Below are positions 53,128 through 64,000 of a stretch of DNA of 64,000 bases, piece after piece. Position 1 is the first letter of the stretch, and every line of letters starts with the position of its first letter. The stretch covers positions 2,418,001 through 2,482,000 of the forward strand of contig CM007989.1 of NCBI GenBank assembly GCA_002189035.1, written 5' to 3'. The translations under genes were made by a program, and so were the position numbers. This DNA comes from Utricularia gibba (Eukaryota; Plantae; Magnoliophyta). Under the pieces are notes generated by a model. That model worked only from the letters and a program-made list of their open reading frames with translations, searched no databases and had not been told where the DNA came from.

Positions 53128-54829
53128 TCAACACTCCCCTTCAATTTCCTTTTCCACCTCCAGTTGCAGTTCGGAAATCTCGTCCATCTCCAATTCCACC
53201 TTGGGTTGCTGCAGTTTAGTGTCCTCCTCTTTTTCCAATTCCAATGGCAAAATGTCTGGTAGTGGTTGCTGCAAAATTGGCCGTTGACTAAGAGCGTCTT
53301 GTCCAAGCATGGACGACACACGGACCTCATTTAAAGCCTTCTCTGCATCCTCGCGAAGACTCTTGAGGGTGCTTAGGGTTCTATGTTTGAGTTCTGCTGC
53401 AAGATTAAGATCACCTCCTAGCTCTGCCTTCGTGATCTCCAGAGTTACCCTGTCAATCTGTCAACATTTTCATTATGTCGGACCCATGGGGTGGCTACTT
53501 AAGACAAGATTCTGAGGGTGCCTCATCTTGTATAGTTGATAACCTGGACATGATGTATTTTCCCTCCTCACTCAATTCGTCAAACCACTTCTTCAATGAA
53601 GACAGCTCTCTTTCAATGTCAGGATCGTTGTTCTGATCATATCCAAGAATTTTATCAACCTGCTTAATCCTCGAAGCAATCTCCATATTCAACCTTTCAG
53701 CCGCTGCAACAATGTCAATAGCTGCATCGAAGAAGAAAGAAGAGCAATTGCCAGTAGCTTTTACTTCTTTCTAATCCAAGAATTGTTGAATGACAAGGCA
53801 TGAACTTCCTACCCTCCTGGAAAGCGTCGGTTTCAGTTCCCATCATAATCCGCAATAGTTTGAGCAGCTTCTTTCCTCGAACAAGCCCATGAATCACCAA
53901 AGGCATTAGTAAATCTACGGTGTATGTATAATCTGTCCCAATTCCCCATATGAGCTCCAATATCATAGTTAGCAAACAATTGAGGAAAAACTTACGTCTG
54001 GGAGCACCGACCCTTGAGATTGCAGTCTCAACTGCAAGCCGTAGGCGTTCAAAGGACAGATAGACAGATTGGAAGAGCTCCTTTTCGATGTGATGATTAT
54101 GAGTATAAGCAAAGAGAAGATGCCAGGATGTGGTTGATGAGCTACCATACTTATCTCGGTACATTCTTGCATGGTGTATCAAAGATTCCAAGTGAGTTCC
54201 CAAGTGGGGATCATGCAAATCATGAAGAATCTGCAAAGGTTGATACACAGTAACTTGGATCATTAATGTGATCGAACCTCATGTATCATCATGGATACTC
54301 AATTCCGAGAATGCAAAGACAATCCAAGAAAACCGAAGGGCATAAATGAAACCTGAAGATATCAGTATATACAAATTACACGAGCAACTTAGAAAAAAAA
54401 AATTGAATGAACCTTTGGATTCCTCTGAATGTATATCTCAGTAGCATCGAGAACCAAGTCAGGATATACCCAAGCCTCCATAAATACGTGACGAGCTCGT
54501 CCATCCTCTTGCATTAGAAGAGCTTTCAACAAATGCTCAGGCTCAACTGCAATATTCTTGTTCACTCGTGCTACTTCACGCGATAACAGGATTGCTTGCC
54601 ATGCCTCTTCGCTGAAATCCTGCTCCCTTAACTGGATGACGCATGCACCAAAACACTTCGTGTTACAAAAATCAGAGAACCAGACAGTATGACAAATTGA
54701 GGTATCACTTACGCTGCTCCAACTCCAAGATGCATCACAACGGATAGCGAAGGATCGGTTAACCACGCGGTTGCGCGATTTTGTAGCAAACCTTGATGAA
54801 TCGTTTCTCCCGCGAGATCCACAGGACAT
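53128..54829 (-). CDS. ClpB3-derived protein lacking both AAA+ domains (transit peptide, Clp N-domain, M-domain coiled coil, acidic tail; about 366 aa)
   Basis: Exons 54829-54713, 54631-54413, 54230-53996, 53721-53522 and 53457-53128 join in frame (1101 nt); motifs QDFSEEAWQAI, EPEHLLKALL, IDIVAAAERLNMEIAS, IDRVTLEITKAE..DLNLAAELK; the last intron needs a GC donor. Confidence 0.65.
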
Positions 54830-55540
54830 TTTCGGAGTCGCTAAAATCTGAAGGCTGATCGGTGACTGAGAAGAAGCCGGAATCGGCGGCTCTAATTGGA
54901 GAAAGCATAGTGAAGGTTAAGGAGAGCGCCATTGGAGTGACGAAGGAGATGCCGTCTGTGAAAGATAAAACCTGCCGCCATACACGAGGTGTCAAGAATA
55001 AGTGTTGCTTTCAAACGCAAGTCTTGCGTTCCATGCGTTTGGAAACTGTTTCACACATTAGAAAATAGTTTGACTCTCTCTCCTCTATCAACCAACTTGG
55101 TCTCGGCGGCCGTACTACATTCCGTACTTTAATTTTTGGAACTTATAAAAAATTATATTAAATAATATACATTATATTTAATTTTCCGATAACACTATAA
55201 ATTAATCTTCAAATAAATTTTCTTATTATATTATTTTTTGAAATATTTCATAAAAAAATTAATTCTAAAATATAAATAAGATTTTAAAATAAAAATATTA
55301 TTCTTTATATTCCTATAAATATAATTATGATGTAGAATGGGCCACGTACTCATCCATCATTTCAGGTACCGGGTTCGGTGCCCTAGAGTTGAATTAGATC
55401 AGAATAAATGCCCAATATCGAGGTGAAGGCACAGGGTCCAGGCCTTGCTCTTCATTCTTCCCAACAACACAACTTCAAAGGGAATGATCTCATCGTCTCT
55501 AAAAGGAAAGAAAAGCGCCCCCATGAGGAAGTCAGCGTAT

Positions 55541-58500
55541 TCAGCTACAGGATATCTGCCTTCGCTTCACAATGTTGGCCAGGTTTTGGGACACCAAAGA
55601 GGTGAGATTTGGATCCTCGAAGCTAAGCTCGGCTCCCAGTCTGCAGCAACACAGAGTTTCAAAATGATGAATTTGTGGGGGGCAGTTAAGAGGTGTTTTA
55701 GAGGGTTACTTGGGATCAAGAACCAGTTTCTGAACTTCCTTGATGGAGGAGCTTGCAGCATATAGTGAGATTTTGCGCACCTGAAACATAGAAGGTTTAG
55801 CAGCAGCTTTTATACCTGAGAGAAGAGCATCATCATGTCTAACTGACTGACCTCTAGCACATGAAGCTTCGCATCGTGGTCGTTTGGAAGTCCCCGGATG
55901 TCTTCGGATAATCGCAGAGCTTCTGCGAGGCTTTCTGGAGAAAGGAAGTCTAGTCCCAATTGAACAGAGGACTGAGAGGTAGAAAGAAGAGTGAAATGCA
56001 ATGAGTCACTTTACATGGGCAGCTCCAAAGTGCAGTTGCTCAGGCACGAGCAACTAGAAGTGCTCACCTGAATATGCCGGACTTGAAACGGACATCCGGC
56101 AGGGATGAATATAGCATCACCAAGACGCTGCCCAAATGACCAGGGCTCCACTCCTGAGGAAGAATGTGCATGAACATCTAGCTTTAGATGTACGTGAAAA
56201 GAGTTTCTGTGGGCAATTGAGCAGCAAAACAATGGAACTGAAATTAAAAAAAAAAAAACTTGGCATACCAAATTCTTCCTTCAGCTTGCTTTTGTGATGC
56301 TCATTCATGTATACTACACCATCATAGAGAGGACGAGGTACCTGCAGGGAGACAAGTCTTGAGCTAAACCTGAGAGTATTCCATTTCAAGAATATTTCAT
56401 ACTGAGACTTGTGGCTCACATGGTTATCTATGATCCTGTCCGACATTTGCATCTCCTCCTTGTGAATGCTTATGTAGTTCATAAGCTTTGGTACATCTTC
56501 ACGTCGGAAAACGTCCCAAAATGTTCCGACTGGAACCATTTCCATCCCTTCCTGAGAAGCAGATCTCTTTTGAGAATAATGATCAGTATTGTTCTCTGCA
56601 TCACCATTTTCTTCTGTTACTGGATCACCCTTCTCGTCATCCTCACTTGCTTGGATATCAGCATTACCACCTTCATCCGGTGAGGAGCCTGATGATTTGA
56701 CAGAGTTTAAGAGCATTTCAGGAAGTTCACATTCTTCCATGGTTGCAGATTCTGCCGAGATATTCTGTGTCTCCATTGGTGCACTGTTTACAGCCTTTGG
56801 CTTCGGATCATGCACATGTAGCAAAAGAAACACCTGAGGAAAGGCAGATAAAATGAGATGGAGACATGAAAAGTGAAAATAAAGAGACAGAACACTTTGG
56901 AAGGAAAGGATCTTCGCTCACCATATCTCGCATGTTAAGATGAAGATTGTCCAAGGAATCACTCTGACCAGTGCCTTTTCCATAAGAGATCAATATTTTA
57001 GGACCCACATCATTTTGCAAGGAATAATGGGGAAGTTTAGCGGCAACATTCAGAAGTCCCCACTTGGAGTGGATGAACTCAAGCAAAGGCAGCTTAGATA
57101 TGAAGTCAGGTCTTTGATAGAGTAAAAACTCTTCAGATGAACTTGGTGTAGGCCAATCCTTCAATTTCAATATTTGATGCTCACCATTTTCATCAACTCT
57201 ACCTTCAAAATATCCATTTATGAAATCCTCAAGTTCAATATTGATCTGCAATCAGATTTTGCCAAGAAACACAAACTGCTTGACGTTAAATCAAATGCAA
57301 ATGACTAAGGAAAAACATAATCGAAGATGGGTCTGGAAGAAGGCAAGAAAAGCCAGATCTAACATGAAACAGTGATAGCTGTACCTCAGTCAAGGAGCTA
57401 CGGTTGAAAGCCTTAACTTTTCGGTTTGGGTCTTTCATTTTCTCCTCAGTTGTCTCTTTAATTCCTGACCATATACTCAAAGGATCCCATGCTATGGAAG
57501 AAGAAGTGTCAACGACTTCCTTAACTATAACCGGTCTCCCTCTGGACCAGTGCATTCTGAAGTCCTTGATTCCTTCTTTCTTCAGATCATCTAAAGATAG
57601 TTGAAATAGGAGGTTGCCATCATTTTCACCATCTTTTTCACTGCCCAATTCACCAGAACTCCTCACCTTACAGCCACTAACCATTTCATCCACATTCTTC
57701 ACTAGTTTGGCAACCCAATTGATTTTGAATATCCTCTTCAAAGCAAGAGAGGAAGATCCACAGCCTCCATACACCTTTGGAGGACATGGAATACTTCCAT
57801 CTTCATTGGCTTCCCAGCCAGTAAGTTTTTCAAATGTTTTCAGCTGAACATCTGACAGTTCAGTATGAGAAAACATCATTCCATTGCTCTTACCATCAGC
57901 TACATGGGGAACATCAATTGTTTCATCCTTGATTGCAAGCTTGGATGCTTTCCTGATATCATTGCAGCAACTTAGGCACAGATCATACGAGCAATTTGCA
58001 CAGTGCCGATGATAATCAATGATTGGAACCCTGCAAAAATCACTGCAGAAAAACCACCAGTTAAATAAGAACAATATGATAGCATCCGAAATCCCATCCC
58101 CGGCCCACACCAGGAGAACGGAACAACATATTGGGTTTGGAGCAAGAAACAGATACAAAAAACAAGTCTACTCACCAGCACATCTGCTCATCAGCATTTA
58201 ATTTTGTCCGAGAAAGATCTATATCACTTCCTAAAGGATAAAAGATCAATGTTCTGGTTCAAAGAACCAATTAAATACATACTTTTAAATGACCATGGTT
58301 ATAGCACCTCACCTTGAAGTTTCTTTTCTAGTTCCACCTCGGAGGTCTGTTCAAGATGAACTCGTTTTACAATAGGAAGCACTGCAGACAAGAGACAGTA
58401 GAGGAACTCCAGCTTTTCTTTTGCAGATATTTCACGAATCCTTGCCTTTTCAAGAAAAATTACCCTGTGAGTGATCCAATGGAAAAAAAAAAAACCTTCG

Positions 58501-59759
58501 TACTAAAAAGTTAACTGAAATATACCTTCAACAGATTGTCTCCTCGCATACACATCCGACAACTACATGTACCACGACATGCAGGACAAATCCTTTCGAT
58601 TTCATCCACACTGGTGCCTGGGTAGCTGAGGGAAGGAAGCCTAAACTATGAGACCCTTGATGAAAGAAAATCCATCGTAAAAAAAAAAGTATATTTTCCT
58701 CACCAAGTTGAAATGCAGTTCTCACAATACCCTCTTCTATCACATTTAAGGCACCAAATCACTCTACCCTGACTATTGCTCCGACATTGGTGGCACGGTT
58801 GCCCCCCGGTATCATCAGAGGACTCAGAGGTTCCATTCGAAGTCTCCTGCAAAAAAATGGAAAAAAGCAGCATTTTGGGCAATTAACCAAATATTGAAAG
58901 AAGTCCAATGCATATAAACTGACAGGAACACCATACTCCGTGGCAGGTGACCTTAAAGATAACGCACTCTCTTTTTCACAGAGCAATGGCCTTTTGCAGA
59001 CCTACACCAATTTTTCAATCACTAAACTAAGTACAAAACAGGGATGTTTTAGGACAGCTTATTTGAATGAGCTTCACTATACTAAAACAGAACAGGCATG
59101 CTTTGTATATTGAATGTGCTTTATCAGAACCAGGATTTTGATGTTTCAAGAATCAATCAGCATGAAGGATCTAGAGTAGGCTGCAATGTGCTTTAAATGT
59201 CCCAAGAGAATTTTTAAACAGGAAAATTATTGTTACTCACCGTTACAGGACTAATTTCAAGCGTCTGCTTGTCTGAGTCAACAGCAGACGGAGGCGGTGT
59301 TCTATAAGACCTTCTACTGACTTCATGGTCAGACTCATCTCTATCCATATCATCAGTAGATCGTAAAGAACTTCGACCAGAAAAACTCCTAACTGGAGGC
59401 ACTTCTGGTGAATAAACCGTATGATCTTTGCCTTCTTTGTCCTTCTTTTTCTTCCCAGAAAACCCACTCACCTCCCCGAATTGTGAGCTGAGTGTTATGT
59501 CCATGTCATCACTCTTGCTTTCCAAGTATATTTCAGTATCTCCATCACACTTCCTCTTTGCTTTCTTTATACTTGCACGCATTGCAGAATTCGCAGCCCT
59601 TTTCTTTGCTTGAATGTAATGCTTTTCACATACTGTTTTGTCAGGCATAGACATGGCTGTGCATCTCCACTGCTTTCCATCAGACCTCTTGCACCGCAAA
59701 TCGTCAGGAATCTCAACATTGTCATCAACGCCTCCAGATATTGTTCTTGAATGATCCAT
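55541..59759 (-). CDS. JMJ24: JMJ24-like WRC / RING-like Zn-finger / JmjC protein
   Basis: IPDDLRCKRSDGKQWRCTAMSMPDKTVCEKHYIQAKKRA (WRC), CHQCR...CLKCDRRGYC, HRHCANCSYDLCLSCC, LKLKDWP, GTFWDVFRREDVPKL, LGDAIFIPAGCPFQVR; stop at 55543-55541. Confidence 0.92.
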
Positions 59760-60869
59760 ACAGAAAAAAAGAATACCACCAAACTACAACGCTACCAAAA
59801 CATCAAAGATATCACATTTTTAACCTGCGAACACAAGAGGCGAACAAGAAACAGTTAAGCAACGTAAAAATCAAACTTTGCACATTCAGTAATCAAGGCA
59901 CGGTACAAAAAAAAAATCAAATCTTGCTTCCTAGTTGAATACCCAGTTGCGAAAACTTGCAAATTAAGAGAACCTACAGTTCAAGATCACCAATTCAACA
60001 ACCTTGAGAGGAATATAAATACAAATTAATACAAACAAAAATTATTGAATGCATTAACGAACCGTGTGCCGTCACGCGGCACGGCGATTCAGAATCTAAC
60101 AAATTATAAAAAGACAAGTCCTCAGAGCCTCTTGCCAATTTTTTATCCCTAGTTCAATGCTGAAGATCTTTCAGTTCGGTGTGAGAAGAAGAGCAGCAGG
60201 GGGTGAAGCATGAAACGACGACGCTTTGCCCCCATAAATTTTCTTGGCTTACTTTTTTAAATACATGTATCATGCATAATAAATTTGTAAAAATATACTT
60301 TTTTCACTTCCCAAAATATATTATTATTTTAAAAATATTATAAGTTACATGTATTTGCGCAATAACACCCAAAAATGTTATTCTTTTTTAGTAGTTACTA
60401 ATGTTGAATACTTGACTTGACGTATTGGATGATGTTATTTAATATTAATTTGTACATTTTAATTAATAATGTTTTTCAATCACCAATATATTCAAAAGTC
60501 ATTTATACAGAATAATGCCGTTTAGAAATATTGGTGACGAAAATTTTTAATATATGTTATTTTAATTTATTGTTAAAATAAAAGATAATTAAATAAAGAA
60601 ACTTGTTAAATACATTTAAAAATAATTAAACCGCATTTCAAAAAATACAATAAAAAGTAATAAATATACAATAGTTAAGATATGCAAATTGTATTTTACA
60701 AAATTCGATAAAAAGAACCAAGAATTTGTAATTGCCAATTTTTTATTTTTTAATTAAATGGATTTTTCCAGAAACTTGGAATTTTTTTATATTTTATATA
60801 TAAAAAAGCGTTAGAATTCTGTAATCAACATTTAACATGCATTAATCAAAAGAGAAGAAATGAGCATCA

Positions 60870-61859
60870 TCACTTCCAGAGCTCCTCCATCGGAATCCCA
60901 CGCTCCTCCGCGACTTGCTCGAATTGCCTCATTTTCTGCACCGCAATAACCGTCGCCCTCGCGTTGTTCAGAGCATTGTTGCTACCGAGCTGCTTCCCCA
61001 GAGCATTCTCCACTCCGGCCATTTCCAGAACTATTCGTACAGCCCCTCCGGCAATCACTCCGGTACCGGGGGCAGCTGGTCGGAGCATCACCTTCGCGGC
61101 GCCGTAGTCCGCCTCCGATCTGCTCCAGGCCAGTGCAAAATGAATACTGTATCCTACGGTATAAAACTTATAATGGCGCTTCTAATTCGCTTATATTAAT
61201 GGTACTCACCGATGAGGAAAGGTCTTGTATTTGGTCATCGGCACGGAGATGATGTTTCTGCGGGCATTGACGGCCGATTTTTGCACGGCGGAGACGACTT
61301 CTTTCGCTTTACCAACACCAACTCCGACATTCCCCTGCCTATCGCCAACGACCACAATTGCCCTAAAATGAAGCTGTTTCCCTCCTTTGACAACCTTGGT
61401 AACCCTCCTCACCTGAACGACTCTCTCATCAAAACCATCCTTCACCTTCTCCTTCTTCGCCGTTCCCAAACCAGAAGATTTCTTAATCTTCGAATTCATC
61501 ACATACACGTCGTTTCCCAGGAAACTCTCGCCACTATATGCAGGACCGTACAGTTCCTCATACGCCAGAGCGATTTCATCCTCCGTTTCCACCGGGCCAT
61601 CATCGATCGACGGAGTCCGTACATATATTTCCGGCGATTCTTCGGAATCTACGCCCTCGACTTGGTCTGGGGCATCGATCCCAGAGCCAGATCTCGGCGG
61701 AGGCAATTTCTGAGGTCGCGCGGTGTGTACGACCAGGGGAAACTTTGATGCCGTAATGGAAATACCGCAAGGCGAGAATAAAGGTGAACTCCGGCGGCGA
61801 TTGTCGACTGAGAGAGCCGATAGGGCGGCCGTGAGGAAACCAGCGGCGGTGGCAGCCAT
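60870..61859 (-). CDS. PRPS5: Plastid 30S ribosomal protein S5, 2 exons
   Basis: [29 protein letters not shown] ... [38 protein letters not shown]; N-terminal transit peptide. Confidence 0.95.
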
Positions 61860-62773
61860 AGGAAGTCGACGACGGAAGCGATAAGAATGAGAGAGACTCG
61901 ATGGATCTCCGGTATATGGACCTTATTTTGGGCCTTATATCCATATTGGGCCCATCATATTTACCTTATTGGGCTGCCCTTTCAATTGGACCCAGACAGA
62001 CACAGTGACTCCGTGTGTCATGATAAACATTTTGTTCCATTGCACGGTATGTTAAGTTTGTTTATGATGGAAAAATTGATCAATATAAATAATACCTCAG
62101 CGTGAAAAATGCAATAAATAAAAAATAATAATAACTATCATTTATGATATTATATTTTTAGTCATAAATATGTCAATCGAAATAACAATATTTTAAATCA
62201 TAAACTATTTATATAAACGATTTATAATTTAATTATAAATCAAAGTATGATTGAACTACTAGTTTTTTTAAAATAAATCTCTAAAAAAATATTAAATTAT
62301 GATTAAATATTAATGTAAAAAGATTTAAAGATTTGAATTTAATTAATTGTTATTATTTATGATTCAAAACGATTTAATCTTATTTTAATGATTACTTTTT
62401 TACTTCCTATGAAATAAAATGTTCGCAATGTCCAAACAAGATAATATTGTGTATGTTTCTTGGTTTTATTCCTGATTTTACTCACAAAATCGGGAGAGAT
62501 GATGTGCATTTTGACAAGGAATTCTAAGAACGTTTTGAGTGGTAAAAATTCATTAATTTTTCATATAAAATAAGAAAAAGCAGATTTTGTCTGGTTTCTT
62601 ACTTTTTGCGTGTTCTCCGATGATTTTCAGCTGATCATCGTAATCCCAACTCCACAATCTGGATTCTCTGCGTATATCCACTCTTGATTTTCTTTCAAGT
62701 TATCACAAAATGCGTTTAAAGCTTACAGACTCAATTCTCTTTTTTCTTCATTTTCTCGGCTATAAATAAGGTG

Positions 62774-63505
62774 ATGAATTCTTCAGAGAAAGTGGCCATG
62801 GATTCAGGGAAAGGTGTTGGGTCCTTTACGACGGCGGAGAGGAATCGGCCGGTTAGGTCGTCACCTGGGAATTTCCGGGAGGATCGCTTGAACTGCCAGC
62901 CGCCGCTGCCGCAAAGTTGCCCGAGGTGTAATTCAGGGGACACTAAATTTTGTTACTACAACAATTACAGCCTCGCCCAGCCGCGCTACTACTGCAAGGC
63001 TTGCCGGCGGTACTGGACTCACGGAGGAAGTCTACGGAACGTCCCGATCGGCGGGGGGAGTAGGAAGAACAAGCGAGGGAAACCTACCGCCGAATGTGAG
63101 GTTCCGCCGACTTCGTCGCAGAGTCTGATGGGGTTGCTACCTGGGGTGCCGTCGATAAGGCGGTTGCCTGCGGCGGTGCCCCCGGTCGGGAACTCTTTCT
63201 TCGCCGGTGGAACGCACATGTCGTTCCCCGCCGTGCCCTCGTTAATGAACCAATCGGTGAAGCTTCTGTACGGCCAGAATATGGGCTTTTTGCAGAGCAC
63301 GAACCTCTGTTTTCGAAATACACCGGCAACGCAGTTTCAAACTCCGGCACCGGATCAGTATACCCCATGGGCACACGAAGGGTATATGGCCTCCGCCGGA
63401 GCCGCCGCTTCGGCAGGTTGCAATTCCGACGCCGGTGGGAATCATGCAAGCTCTTCGTTCATTGCAAATCAGTGGCCTGATTGCGATCATGGGTTCAATC
63501 CTTGA
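62774..63505 (+). CDS. Dof zinc-finger transcription factor
   Basis: [47 protein letters not shown]; first ATG at 62774 (a small upstream exon cannot be excluded). Confidence 0.93.
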   Translation: MNSSEKVAMDSGKGVGSFTTAERNRPVRSSPGNFREDRLNCQPPLPQSCPRCNSGDTKFCYYNNYSLAQPRYYCKACRRYWTHGGSLRNVPIGGGSRKNKRGKPTAECEVPPTSSQSLMGLLPGVPSIRRLPAAVPPVGNSFFAGGTHMSFPAVPSLMNQSVKLLYGQNMGFLQSTNLCFRNTPATQFQTPAPDQYTPWAHEGYMASAGAAASAGCNSDAGGNHASSSFIANQWPDCDHGFNP

Positions 63506-64000
63506 TAATATTTTTCATTTTATTTTCCCTATTTCCGTTTATTTTAATTTAGGGTTTTTTTCCCCTTTGCTGCTTAATAAATTGTAGATGCTACATTAGT
63601 ATATAATTACTTTATTTTCCATATTGTATTTTAAGTATTAAATTTTGGATATTTTATTATCAAAAATATATTGTGTACGGAAATCATAAGAAATGGCTTC
63701 GTTAATTATCTCAAGTCAGGAGATTAACTACAAATTATTATGAATTAAAAGAAATTTAGTAAATAATTATGGAAAAGCATCATTCCGTTTTATGGTGCAG
63801 AGTGCAAACGCGAAGCGCTGGGAATGCCGGAAGGATTGGATAGGGTTATGGGATCCAAGAAAACTGCATCCCTTCTTTATTGTGTTGCTTTTGTGAGAAT
63901 AAGAAAATGCATCCAATCCAATGCAGCCATTCGTTGATCGTCCATTGTTCGTTTGAGTTTCCCAATACGGGTGTTCATGGCGGCTGTTGCATCCATCGCC

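Noticed and set aside
54830-54995. Upstream ATG (MALSLTFTML…) as an alternative start for the ClpB-derived gene
   Set aside because: It is out of frame with the transit-peptide/N-domain exon as assembled; cannot be resolved without reads
56940-56990. Degenerate Fe-binding motif in the JmjC domain (NLHLNMRDMV)
   Set aside because: Already known for JMJ24-type proteins, so not novel

Overview
Eukaryotic plant (eudicot) genomic DNA from a very compact genome: about 26 gene-like loci in 64 kb, many 60-115 nt introns and short AT-rich spacers. A miniaturised Lamiales-type genome is an inference only. Ordinary genes: E-class PPR, CDPK, ADT1, inositol monophosphatase, OB-fold protein, NFD6-like, TPT, CC-type glutaredoxin, two bHLHs, QWRF/AUG8, plastid pseudouridine synthase, TOM1, RETICULATA-like, JMJ24, plastid RPS5 and a Dof factor. 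Four loci stand out. (1) An apparently natural chimeric receptor kinase joins a complete phytosulfokine-receptor (PSKR1-type) ectodomain to an LRR-XII/EFR-XA21-type non-RD kinase. (2) A tandem array of three intronless 56-72 aa microprotein genes ends in a HIPP-like xENxNxCaaX tail but has no HMA domain. (3) A ClpB3-derived gene keeps the N-domain and M-domain but lacks both AAA+ ATPase modules. (4) An RLCK-VII kinase has DFG changed to GFG (probable pseudokinase). Also present: a RabA exon-1 pseudogene, a Tourist-like MITE, several GC-AG introns, and three single-base frameshifts at G/C homopolymers that are probably assembly errors. All family assignments come from recognised motifs; no database searches were run.
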